Shown piece by piece: positions 17,739 through 26,139 of a DNA stretch of 64,000 bases. Location: the IMG/VR virus record IMGVR_UViG_3300011806_000001, positions 21,152 to 85,151 of that record; one strand, 5' to 3'. The notes under the pieces are model-generated. The model was not told where the DNA came from. It worked only from the letters and a program-made list of their open reading frames with translations, and ran no database searches. Made by a program: the position numbers and the translations under genes. Numbering within the stretch: position 1 is the first letter of the stretch; the number at the start of each line of letters is the position of its first letter. Source of the stretch: a virus. Its lineage: Duplodnaviria > Caudoviricetes.

Positions 17739-18031
17739 GCTTGTTCCTTGGCGGTGAGCTCGCGCACGCGCACGCCCTGGCGATCAAGCCAGCGGCGCGC
17801 GGACTGCAGCGACTTTTGAGAGAGGGCGAATCGGCCGGTACCGATCTGGAGCTCGCGGCCACGCACAGTCGCTGAGCGGCCCGTGGCGGCCGCCACTTCG
17901 GTGGGGGTGGCGCTGTGCGGGCTGGCGTAGATGCCGGCCCACAGCCAGCCCGCGCAGACCATCAGCACCAGGGTGGTGCCATGGCTGCCGGTGGGGAACG
18001 AATGCTCAACGGGAAGCGTCGACGCCTTCAT
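17735..18031 (-). CDS. Hypothetical early protein
   Basis: ATGA coupling on both sides. Confidence 0.6.
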   Translation of the reverse strand: MKASTLPVEHSFPTGSHGTTLVLMVCAGWLWAGIYASPHSATPTEVAAATGRSATVRGRELQIGTGRFALSQKSLQSARRWLDRQGVRVRELTAKEQA

Positions 18032-18219
18032 GCGGCATCCGCCTGCTCAGCGGAGGCGCGATATGACGCAGCCAGCACATCCCACTGCGACGCGAAGCGT
18101 CGGAACGTCTCTGCCTGCTCTTCATGGCCGACCATGGACTCGGCATCGGCCTCCACGCGCAGCGCCGCGGCGTATGCCGCCTTGGCCTCGGCAACCTTGA
18201 GGTAGTAGTCGCGGGTCAT
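18028..18219 (-). CDS. Hypothetical early protein (63 aa, helical)
   Basis: ATGA coupling. Confidence 0.55.
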   Translation of the reverse strand: MTRDYYLKVAEAKAAYAAALRVEADAESMVGHEEQAETFRRFASQWDVLAASYRASAEQADAA

Positions 18220-18488
18220 GGGGCCCCCGCGCTGAGGCGTGCCTGTTCGACCAGCGCGGTGGCTTGCGCCATGCCCGACTTGGTCAGCGTGGCCTGCGTA
18301 GGAAAACTCGGGTCGTCGTAGTCGATCAATGCGCGCTCGTAGAGCCAGTTGGTGACCCGCCGCGTAAAGACCTTGGCGGGCTGCCTCGTCGAGCAGAAGC
18401 CGCCACGGGTGCGCTTCAGCACATGGCCGGCCGCAGCGAAGGCAATAACGAGCGCGGCGCGCTCCAAGGGTTTGAGTGGTGCGGCCAT
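18216..18488 (-). CDS. Hypothetical early protein
   Basis: RBS GGAG before the ATG; coupled to the next gene. Confidence 0.55.
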   Translation of the reverse strand: MAAPLKPLERAALVIAFAAAGHVLKRTRGGFCSTRQPAKVFTRRVTNWLYERALIDYDDPSFPTQATLTKSGMAQATALVEQARLSAGAP

Positions 18489-18501
18489 TGCGTTCTCCAG
18501 G

Positions 18502-18798
18502 TCAGGCGGCGTGAGCTGCCGGCATGCGCGCGAGAACAGCACCGCGGGCACGGGCAAGGTGGGAGATAGGGATCAGCTGCGATGCCAGATCGGGATCGGT
18601 CCAGCGCAGCTCGGCGATCGCGAGCGATTCGCTCGGCACCGTCGCCTTCTGGCAGAGGTGGCACTCGAAGTGCACGAGGGCGGGCACTGGCGCGCCGAGC
18701 TGGTGGCCTGCCGGCGCACCAGTGGTCGTCACGATTTGCGGGCGGTGCCTTGGGTGGCACAGCGGTACAGAGGCGGGTGCAGGGCGGGCGGTCTGCAT
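18502..18798 (-). CDS. Small Zn-finger-like early protein (loosely Lar-like)
   Basis: C..H and CHLC motifs followed by ...AIAELRW. Confidence 0.45.
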   Translation of the reverse strand: MQTARPAPASVPLCHPRHRPQIVTTTGAPAGHQLGAPVPALVHFECHLCQKATVPSESLAIAELRWTDPDLASQLIPISHLARARGAVLARMPAAHAA

Positions 18799-18802
18799 GG
18801 CA

Positions 18803-18952
18803 TCACCCGCGAACGCTGGAGGACGCGGCCCAGCGCGCCTGGTTGGTGTCGCGGTCGGCGTGGGCCTGGCTGATCTCCACCAGGCGAAGGGGCACGACGA
18901 TGGCCGCCACAGCGCCGACGACGGCCCACGCGATCCGGTACCGGCGGTTCAT
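18803..18952 (-). CDS. 49-aa single-TM protein
   Basis: MNRRYRIAWAVVGAVAAIVVPL; ATGA overlap with 18949-19179; below the ORF-track length cut-off. Confidence 0.55.
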   Translation of the reverse strand: MNRRYRIAWAVVGAVAAIVVPLRLVEISQAHADRDTNQARWAASSSVRG

Positions 18953-19179
18953 GCCCGAACCTCAGCTGCCATGTCGCGCGATTCGGCTTCAACGCGGCGG
19001 GCGGCAACGCCCATGCGGCGCGATCGGCGCAGCTGGTTACGGCTGTGCTCGCCGGCGCTGCGGGCTCGCAGAACGTTGGCGCGGGTGTGGTCACGGGCAG
19101 CCTGCGCCAACAGGCACGAGGCGGCCTGGGGCGGCAGCGGGGCCTTAAGCAGGGGGTCGGCAGCGGTGTGGTGGGACAT
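18949..19179 (-). CDS. First gene of the P2 leftward early operon
   Basis: RBS GGAGAG; lies downstream of the operator/leader region. Confidence 0.55.
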   Translation of the reverse strand: MSHHTAADPLLKAPLPPQAASCLLAQAARDHTRANVLRARSAGEHSRNQLRRSRRMGVAARRVEAESRDMAAEVRA

Positions 19180-19308
19180 GGCGCTCTCCGTAGGAAAGGA
19201 GGGCGCCGGCGGGCCTGTTGCCTGGGAGAGGCATCTGCGGCTCAGCAGGGGAGTGGCTGGGCCGCGGTGCGACCCGCCGGTCGCCCGTCGGCTGGGGTGC
19301 CGACGGTG

Positions 19309-19356
19309 CGATTTATCTCACAGCTAAATCGCATGTGCAATAGCTGTCAGCTAAAT
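19309..19356. promoter_or_regulatory. P2 left operators (OL-like)
   Basis: Dyads CGATTTATC-TCACA-GCTAAATCG and AATAGC-TGTCA-GCTAAA; same motif at 20849-20915. Confidence 0.7.
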
Positions 19357-19424
19357 CGCGCCATGGGCCGCCAGTTCGCCCGGGGGATAGCCGATAATTG
19401 GGCTACAGCCGGGGAGGGTTAGAG

Positions 19425-19970
19425 ATGCTCAAGGAAGTGGGTTTGTCGATCGGGTTGGCGGTGGGCCTGCTGATGGCCCAAGGTGCAGCAGCCCAAGTCT
19501 TCAAGTGCAAGGGGAGCAATGGGGAGACGGTGTATTCACAGAATCCTTGTGGGCCGCAAGCGCAAGAGATGAAGGTTCGCGCGGCGAAGGCGCCAAGCGT
19601 CTCCGCTGCCGAGGTCGCCAATCGAGACGCGGTGTATCGCTCGACAGATCTCTCGGACGCCGCTATCGCTGAAAGGAATTGCTTGGCCTCATCCAGGGCT
19701 AGCATCTATCCCTCCGCCGAATCGAGGATTGCTGGGTACCAGCGGCAGATTGCGGGGCTCAATGCTTCGGCAGAGCGGGCGAACAACAACCTCGCTGGGG
19801 CTACATTGGACGCCGGGATTCGTGCACAGATCTCTGGCCTGCAGCAGTCGATAACCTCTGAACATCAGGTGGCCGACACTGCGATGAATGCCGCTAGACA
19901 GCGATGCGCTGATCAGCGTCGGGATCGCGAGGCCGTAATCGGGCAGAAGTACAACTCTCAGACCCCATAG
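19425..19970 (+). CDS. Exported DUF4124-like protein (moron in the immunity region)
   Basis: Signal peptide ending AAA-Q, then VFKCKGSNGETVYSQNPC motif and a coiled coil. Confidence 0.75.
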   Translation: MLKEVGLSIGLAVGLLMAQGAAAQVFKCKGSNGETVYSQNPCGPQAQEMKVRAAKAPSVSAAEVANRDAVYRSTDLSDAAIAERNCLASSRASIYPSAESRIAGYQRQIAGLNASAERANNNLAGATLDAGIRAQISGLQQSITSEHQVADTAMNAARQRCADQRRDREAVIGQKYNSQTP

Positions 19971-20011
19971 GGTAGGTGGCCGGAGCGCGAAAGGCGCCGC
20001 CGGCCACTAGG

Positions 20012-20374
20012 TCACTCGTCGATTGCGACGTTGCGAATAAACCCAGCTTCCTCTATGGATATGCCCTCGACGCAGCACTCACGTGCGTCCTCCATTTCGC
20101 GGTGAAGCTGCATCAGGTCAGCATCTTCCAGGCAATCGACGCCTGGAAGATTGAACGTGGCCTGCTCGATCAAACACCCAAGGTTGTACTGGTCTCTGAG
20201 CCACCTGATCCGCCGCAGTATGCAGTCCCGCGTAATCGCATCGATGACCGTTGGTTTTGGGGTCGTGATGACCCTGAGCTTCGGCGCTTGCTTACGCTTT
20301 TCGACGCGCTGAGCGATGACCGCTGCTAGCGCTTCCATGGTCCCGGGCTCGGGCAACCTCTTCTTCGTTTCCAT
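20012..20374 (-). CDS. Hypothetical protein co-transcribed with the repressor
   Basis: 120 aa, overlaps the repressor 3' end. Confidence 0.7.
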   Translation of the reverse strand: METKKRLPEPGTMEALAAVIAQRVEKRKQAPKLRVITTPKPTVIDAITRDCILRRIRWLRDQYNLGCLIEQATFNLPGVDCLEDADLMQLHREMEDARECCVEGISIEEAGFIRNVAIDE

Positions 20375-20840
20375 TCCTCTCCCTGAGTCGATCGGCCAAT
20401 GCCTTGCTGAAATCGATCAGGTTGTCGGGTGTGACCGTAACCTCGCCTCGCCTGTACAAGTACTCGTACGCATATGCCAGCGGCGTGCCGTCGAGCTCGT
20501 TGTCGAAGTCGTCAATGTCGAGATTTGAGAAGGTCAGCCTCAACAGCCTGAGCGCGGAGGCGATGATCTCAGGGTCTATTCGCAGGGGCTGAGATGCTTG
20601 ATTGCTCGCGCTCTCGGTGCCGCCATCGTGCGCAACGTCCATCCACCCGTGCGACAGGGAGCCCAGGCGTTCGATCTTGCGCGCGACGTCATCACCCATC
20701 TTCTTTCCCCCCAACAGCTGGTTGAGGTAGGAAGGAGACATGTCGAGGCGGATCGCGACCGCCTTTTGAGTACCCAAGGCGGCCGCCAGTTGATCAACTA
20801 GGGTCCGAAGGTTGTGCTGGCGGGTACTGGTTACGTCCAT
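20292..20840 (-). CDS. CI-like repressor (XRE HTH, no S24 domain)
   Basis: QKAVAIRLDMSPSYLNQLLGG HTH; divergent from cro across the operators. Confidence 0.8.
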   Translation of the reverse strand: MDVTSTRQHNLRTLVDQLAAALGTQKAVAIRLDMSPSYLNQLLGGKKMGDDVARKIERLGSLSHGWMDVAHDGGTESASNQASQPLRIDPEIIASALRLLRLTFSNLDIDDFDNELDGTPLAYAYEYLYRRGEVTVTPDNLIDFSKALADRLRERNGNEEEVARARDHGSASSGHRSARRKA

Positions 20841-20848
20841 GGCGTAAG

Positions 20849-20915
20849 AGTAGCTAGGGGCTAAAGCCCAGTGTTTCGCTGTCAGCTTGACAGGCGGGTT
20901 TAGCTCAGGGCTAAA
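20849..20915. promoter_or_regulatory. P2 right operators and pR
   Basis: TAGC-TAGGG-GCTAAA and TTTAGC-TCAGG-GCTAAA dyads; TTGACA at 20887. Confidence 0.75.
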
Positions 20916-20924
20916 TACGTCCAC

Positions 20925-21164
20925 ATGGACCTCCTAACCTTCATTTCAGATTCCGAGCGGAAGCGTCGCCTGGCAGTGCTGACTGGCGCATCCGAGGGCT
21001 ACCTCTGGCAGTGCGCTACCGGCTGGAGGGGTAAGCGCACCAGTCCAGAGCTCGCCCAGAGCATTGAGCGCGCATCTTCGACCATCGGCGCCGAGGTGGG
21101 TGTGGAAGGGGTCTTACGGTGCGACCTTCGACCCGACATCTGGCCTCCCGGGGAGGCTGCATGA
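20925..21164 (+). CDS. Cro-like protein
   Basis: Small HTH (LAVLTGASEGYLWQCA) divergent from the repressor. Confidence 0.8.
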   Translation: MDLLTFISDSERKRRLAVLTGASEGYLWQCATGWRGKRTSPELAQSIERASSTIGAEVGVEGVLRCDLRPDIWPPGEAA

Positions 21165-21355
21165 GCCTCGCCGCGATCCCGCTCGAGTCAGACCTTTCAA
21201 ATGGAGAGGTCGGCTGCCTTGTGGACATAGCGCTCATCGAGACCCGTCACCCCGACGGTATGGCGCTGTCTGTTGATCAGTGGGCAGCCCTACGTGAGCA
21301 GCGACAACGTGCAGGGCGACCGCTTCATTGGTGGGAGGTGGCGTCCCATGGGTAG
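21161..21355 (+). CDS. Hypothetical protein
   Basis: ATGA overlap with cro, RBS GGAGG. Confidence 0.55.
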   Translation: MSLAAIPLESDLSNGEVGCLVDIALIETRHPDGMALSVDQWAALREQRQRAGRPLHWWEVASHG

Positions 21356-21541
21356 GGAGACTGCACTCCGGCGTGAAGAACACGGCGACCACACCGCCCA
21401 CGCCTCGATTGGCATCGAAGGTGCGAAGTGCACTGAAGCGCATGCGGTGGTGGAAAAGGATGATCTCGCTCATGGCCTGCATCTTGGTGCAGCCGATGGG
21501 CGCGGCGAAACGATGAAATGCAGCCTGTTTCAGGGTGACGC

Positions 21542-22072
21542 ATGACGTGCCAACGATCTGACCTCTATTGGCGGGATGCGCTGTACAACGCCGTGTCAAA
21601 AGCGCCGGGCAATGTCCAGGCAGCTGCGGTCTACCTCAGCGAGCGCCGCGGTAAAGGGATCACCGGCGAGACCCTGCGCAAGAAGCTGCGAGGCCTGGCG
21701 GGTGAATCGCTGTCGATGGAAATGGCCGAGATTCTCACCGAGTACCTCCAGCAGTTCGTGGACACCGCCGAGCTGGCAACCGACTGGATCGCCTCACTCG
21801 GCGGTCAATTCAACCTGATGGTCGACTTCGTGCCACCGCCGCCCGAGGGCGGCTGGCCCAATGAACTGGAAGCGCTGCAGAACAAGCTGCTGCAGCTTCA
21901 TGCAATGACCGGCCGGCTCTCGGGAACGACGCTGGAGGCAGTTGCTGATGGCGATCTGAGCATCAGCGAAGCCAACGGAATGCAGGACCTGACGCGCAGC
22001 ATCCGAACGCTCTGCTTCCGTCTGGAGCGCAACGCCTGCAGGGCGGCCCAAAAAGCGGTGAGCCGTGAATGA
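21542..22072 (+). CDS. CII-family-like phage regulator
   Basis: Position after cro; N-terminal HTH-like segment; VADGDLS..E motif. Confidence 0.6.
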   Translation: MTCQRSDLYWRDALYNAVSKAPGNVQAAAVYLSERRGKGITGETLRKKLRGLAGESLSMEMAEILTEYLQQFVDTAELATDWIASLGGQFNLMVDFVPPPPEGGWPNELEALQNKLLQLHAMTGRLSGTTLEAVADGDLSISEANGMQDLTRSIRTLCFRLERNACRAAQKAVSRE

Positions 22073-22295
22073 CGTGGCTACCTTCCGCGCGCCCCGGGCA
22101 CGGTACAGGCGACGAGGAAAGATGAGTGCTGCTGCCTGCCGTGCGATGGAGGAGGCTGCCCGTGCGCTGACTGACGCTGTGCCAGCCCTTGTCGGTGACG
22201 AAGCGATGGCAGAGCGCGAGCGCCTGCGACGCGAGGACGAACTGAAGGCTACTGCCCAGCGCCAGCTGGACCTGGGGGGTAAGCCGTGGGCGTGA
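22065..22295 (+). CDS. Hypothetical protein
   Basis: Overlapping rightward chain. Confidence 0.55.
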   Translation: MNDVATFRAPRARYRRRGKMSAAACRAMEEAARALTDAVPALVGDEAMAERERLRREDELKATAQRQLDLGGKPWA

Positions 22296-22498
22296 GTTGC
22301 TGCCTGCTCAAGGCCCTCGATATCGGCCGTCTGCCGCGTTCGGAATGGAAGGCCTCAATCGAGGCGCTGCCGACGACGTGTCCGCACCCTGGCGTCTGCA
22401 CTGGCGACGTCGGGTGCCATGAGCGCATTGCGGACTACATGCGCATGCAGTGGAACATGGCTGCAGCCCGCGCGGCACGCAAGGGCGGGCGGTCATGA
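22286..22498 (+). CDS. Hypothetical Cys-rich protein
   Basis: Overlapping chain into the primase. Confidence 0.5.
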   Translation: MGVSCCLLKALDIGRLPRSEWKASIEALPTTCPHPGVCTGDVGCHERIADYMRMQWNMAAARAARKGGRS

Positions 22499-23553
22499 TT
22501 CACAACGGCATCGATGTCGAAGCGATCAAGAACTCCGTGGATCTCGATGAGGTCATCGGAAGGTATGTGAAGCTCCGGCGCACCGGCAGGGAATCCACTG
22601 GCCTGTGCCCGTTCCATGAAGAGGGATCCCCTAGCTTCACGGTCAACCCTGCAAAGGGGTTCTTCCATTGCTTCGGCTGTGGCGCCCACGGTGATGCCAT
22701 CGGTTTCATTCAGAAGATCACCGGCCTCGATTTCAAAGAGGCCTGTGCGCAGCTGGGCGGCCACGAGTTTGCGCCGGCCTCTCCGACCGCCCGAAAAGTG
22801 GTGGAGCAGCCTTTGGAGGTGAACTGGGTGCCGTTGCTTCCGGTCCCTGAGGCCGTGCCGCCGCTGATGGCCGGCGGAGAATGGACTGTGCCGATCTGGA
22901 ACCCGAAGAACGGGAAGATCCGCCGGATGAAGCCGACGCGGGTGGACGCCTACCGCGACGCCGAGGGGCGTCTGCTTGGGTACGTCCTGCGCTGCGAGTT
23001 CGTCGAGCAGTCCTCGCAGAAGCTCAAGAAGTGGACGCCGCAGGTAACGTGGTGCGTCGGTCCTGACGGCCAGCAGCAGTGGTGCTTGGTCAAGTTCCCA
23101 ACACCGCGCCCTCTGTGCGGTCTGGACGCGCTTGCGGCCAAGCCGGATGCGCCGGTACTGATCCCTGAAGGCGAAAAATGCCGCGCGGCTGGCGCTGGCG
23201 CGTGGGCGGGGTACGCCGCACTGACCTGGGCTGGTGGCGGCAATGCCGTCGGCAAGTCCGACTGGTCGCCAGTGGCAGGCCGTGATGTCGTGCTTTGGCC
23301 CGATGCGGACCCTGCAGGCCGCAAGGCAATGCTGGGCTGGCACAACGACGCGGGCAACTATGTCCCGGGCGTAGCGCAGCTCTGCGCACGCGCTGGGGCG
23401 AAGTCGATCCGGATGATCGACGTAAGCGGGCAGCCCGCCGGCTGGGATATCGCCGACGCACTCGAGCTGGACAAGTGGACGCCGCGGCAGCTCGCAGCTT
23501 GGGCGGCCAATCGCGTCGTCGAACTGAATGTGGTGGCACCGGATGTCACGTAA
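22495..23553 (+). CDS. DNA primase (CHC2 Zn finger + Toprim)
   Basis: CPFHEEGSPSF...FHCFGCGAHGD; Toprim EGEK and WPDAD. Confidence 0.9.
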   Translation: MIHNGIDVEAIKNSVDLDEVIGRYVKLRRTGRESTGLCPFHEEGSPSFTVNPAKGFFHCFGCGAHGDAIGFIQKITGLDFKEACAQLGGHEFAPASPTARKVVEQPLEVNWVPLLPVPEAVPPLMAGGEWTVPIWNPKNGKIRRMKPTRVDAYRDAEGRLLGYVLRCEFVEQSSQKLKKWTPQVTWCVGPDGQQQWCLVKFPTPRPLCGLDALAAKPDAPVLIPEGEKCRAAGAGAWAGYAALTWAGGGNAVGKSDWSPVAGRDVVLWPDADPAGRKAMLGWHNDAGNYVPGVAQLCARAGAKSIRMIDVSGQPAGWDIADALELDKWTPRQLAAWAANRVVELNVVAPDVT

Positions 23554-23728
23554 CGGCCGCCTGTTGGAGCGCATCAAGTACTCGGACCGGGAGCTGGCAC
23601 GGCTGTATCGCCTCGCTGCCAAGGCGGCCATCGAGAACCCTTACGAATCCTCGCGCGCTATACGCCGCGAGCGTGCAAAGGCGTACCTGCGCACCGCGCG
23701 AGGACATGAAAAGGCAATACGGGGATGA
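23543..23728 (+). CDS. Small basic hypothetical protein
   Basis: Between primase and VapE-type ATPase, ATGA coupling. Confidence 0.55.
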   Translation: MSRNGRLLERIKYSDRELARLYRLAAKAAIENPYESSRAIRRERAKAYLRTARGHEKAIRG

Positions 23729-25149
23729 CAGAGCCGAAGCGTAAGAGATTGACCGTGGTCGACGGTGGCCGCGGTGCGCCGCCGCCAGGCGGTGATGGGG
23801 TAGATCCGGAGGCATGGAAGATCAACCTGACGTTCAACCGCGACCACAATGTCGAGGGGACGCTCCACAACCTGATCCTGATCATGGAGAACGATGAGCG
23901 GCTGGCAAAGCTGTTCTGGCTCAACGACTCCAGCAACCAGGTGAAGCTGGAGCGGGATCCGCCGTGGAACGGTGGTAGCCGGGAAGAGTTCATCGACACG
24001 GATGCGTACGAGCTCTCTGCGTGGCTACAGCACCCGGATCGGTACCGGATGAAGTGCAGCGACGACCTCGTGCTCAAGGCGGTGATCGCTGTGGCGCGGC
24101 GCTACCGGCGCCATCCCATCCGTGAGTACCTCACCGCCCTTGAGTGGGATGGTGTGCCTCGCGTCGAGCAGATGCTCACGGTCATGTTCGGTGCGCCGGA
24201 CAATGCATATAGCCGGCGCGCAGCGCAGTGTTTCATGGCGAGTGCCGTGGCGCGGTTGCTCTGGGTCGATCCGAAGCAACCGTTTGTTGGCGCGCAGGTT
24301 GACTTCATGCTGGTGCTCGAAGGGGAGCAGGGCAAGCAGAAGTCCAGCGGCTTGCGCGCAATCTTCGGTAGCCAGTGGTTCGTCGAGACCAGTGAGTCGC
24401 CCAGCGGAAAAGACTTCTACCAGGTGATCCAAGGTGCCTGGGGGGTTGAGATCGGCGAGATGGACTCCTTCTCCAAGGCGGACGTGACCAGCGTAAAGAC
24501 GGCCATCACCAGGCGAGTCGACAAGTTCAGAGCGCCCTACGACCGCGTCCCTCGCTCGTACAGGCGCGAGTGCGTACTCACCGGCACGACCAATGAACAT
24601 CAGTACCTGCGCGATCCGACGGGTGGCAGGCGCTTCCTGCCGGTCAGGACGGAGGGGCAGGTTCGCATCGACTTGATTACCGAACAGCGCGACCAGCTGT
24701 GGGCTGAGGCCGTCCAGCTATTCGAGGGTGGCTTCGACTTCTGGGTGCTGCCCGAGGACGCCAAGGAAGAGCAGGCCGCGCGGTACGTCGGCGACAGCTG
24801 GGAGGGCAGGGTGGAAGCGTGGGTGGAGATGCGAGCCGATCCGTCCAAGTATCCAACACGCCTGCAAATGGCTACGAGGCTCGGCTGGGCGACCACCGAT
24901 GACCTGTTGACCTTTGCGATAGGGCTGGATGCCGGCAAGCACGGGAGGCCTGAGCAGATGCGTGTGGCGGCAATCATGAAAACGCTGGGGTGGGAGAGCG
25001 CGAGGCGGCGCTGGCCCGAGGGTGGCCGCGAGCCCCGATGGTTTCGGGTCGGCGAATCTGTCGATGACTGGATGGCGAGCGCCAGCCAAGGCAAGGCGAG
25101 CGGCAGCCAGGGCCAGCATGCGGAGGTGGGCGATGGCCCTGACTTCTGA
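23725..25149 (+). CDS. VapE-family ATPase/replicative helicase
   Basis: RRHPIREYL, Walker A EGEQGKQKSS, VEIGE, GTTN...YLRDPTGGRRF. Confidence 0.9.
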   Translation: MTEPKRKRLTVVDGGRGAPPPGGDGVDPEAWKINLTFNRDHNVEGTLHNLILIMENDERLAKLFWLNDSSNQVKLERDPPWNGGSREEFIDTDAYELSAWLQHPDRYRMKCSDDLVLKAVIAVARRYRRHPIREYLTALEWDGVPRVEQMLTVMFGAPDNAYSRRAAQCFMASAVARLLWVDPKQPFVGAQVDFMLVLEGEQGKQKSSGLRAIFGSQWFVETSESPSGKDFYQVIQGAWGVEIGEMDSFSKADVTSVKTAITRRVDKFRAPYDRVPRSYRRECVLTGTTNEHQYLRDPTGGRRFLPVRTEGQVRIDLITEQRDQLWAEAVQLFEGGFDFWVLPEDAKEEQAARYVGDSWEGRVEAWVEMRADPSKYPTRLQMATRLGWATTDDLLTFAIGLDAGKHGRPEQMRVAAIMKTLGWESARRRWPEGGREPRWFRVGESVDDWMASASQGKASGSQGQHAEVGDGPDF

Positions 25150-25380
25150 CCAGACCTCGGCAGGATTGTCCGGACCTGTCCCAACCATTGACCAGACCTT
25201 GCCCCTTGCAACGCAAGGCCGTCCCGACCGTCCAGACCTTTTCGCGCGCGTGTACATGGAAGACCACCCCATCAAACCAATCTCAAAATCTCTCAACAGG
25301 TATGGACAGTCTGGACAGTTAGGACAACTCAACAACCCCAAGGGTTCGCGGTGTCCAGACCTTGCCTCTATGGTCTGGAC
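25148..25380. repeat. Cluster of GTCCAGACCT-like direct and inverted repeats, candidate P2 origin
   Basis: Direct copies near 25148, 25168, 25190, 25221, 25230 and 25353; inverted copies at 25302-25325 and 25372. Confidence 0.55.
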
Positions 25381-25469
25381 GGTGAGGACGGGCGGGGTGT
25401 TCCACGCGAATCCACGACCGGCCAAGGCGGCGGCCGGCGCCCCGGCCCGTCGACAGGCCCCCTCGGCGC

Positions 25470-25513
25470 GGGTCCTCCTGGCCCGTGGGGATTGCGGGCC
25501 ACCAAGCGCGCGA
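25470..25513 (+). other. Putative cosQ-cosN packaging site
   Basis: GGGTCCT (identical to lambda cosQ), then TTGCG-GGCCACCAAGCG-CGCGA, just upstream of terS. Confidence 0.5.
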
Positions 25514-25581
25514 TGCTCGAACGTGTTTCGGGTTCTGAGTTTGGTTCCGATGGAACTAGGGGGTTCCGCGTGAGTTCCGAA

Positions 25582-26139
25582 ATGGACCTGATGACCGTTG
25601 CCCAGTACGCGGAGCACCGTGGGGTCAGCGATTCGTACATTCGCCGCATGCGCCGCGAGGGCAAGTTGGTCTGCGACGGCAAGGCGATCCGCGTCCTGGC
25701 CAGCGACACCCTGCTGAATGACCTGACTCACCCGCTTCGCGGCGGCGATCGCACGCCCGGCGCGGAAAGCCCGGCTGCCGCCACTGCTGGCGGCCTTTCC
25801 GCCTCCGACGGGCCGAGTGTGCAGGAGGCTGTGCGTCGCGAACGGCTGGCGCGGGCGCGGTTGGCAGAGCTGGAGCTGGGCGAGGAACTCAACGAACTGA
25901 CGCGCACGAAGGGTGTGGAGCGTGCTGTGTTCACCCTGGTGCGCCAGGCGCTCAACAGCATGATGAACCTGCCGAGCAGGCTGCGGTCGCAGCTGGCCGC
26001 AGAGAGCGAGCCGCGCAAGGTAGAGGCGATGCTGGAGGATGAGATTCGCAAGATCGCCGAGAAGATGCAGAAGGACGCCCAGGCGCTAATTACCGGTGCC
26101 CCGGCTGAGGCGGCTCCGCTGCGGCAGGCCGCTGAATGA
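25582..26139 (+). CDS. Terminase small subunit (Nu1-like)
   Basis: N-terminal wHTH MTVAQYAEHRGVS plus coiled coil, upstream of terL. Confidence 0.85.
   Translation: MDLMTVAQYAEHRGVSDSYIRRMRREGKLVCDGKAIRVLASDTLLNDLTHPLRGGDRTPGAESPAAATAGGLSASDGPSVQEAVRRERLARARLAELELGEELNELTRTKGVERAVFTLVRQALNSMMNLPSRLRSQLAAESEPRKVEAMLEDEIRKIAEKMQKDAQALITGAPAEAAPLRQAAE

Noticed and set aside
21234-21599. Overlapping ORFs on both strands between the cro-downstream gene and the CII-like gene
   Set aside because: Cannot decide which, if any, is real without homology data; not listed as a feature
23725-25149. Virulence factor (VapE name)
   Set aside because: The family is a phage replication ATPase; its context next to a primase explains it
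25148-25380. CRISPR array (also considered for 62188-62320)
   Set aside because: Repeats are 10-17 nt, degenerate, lack unique 30-40-nt spacers, and no cas genes are present
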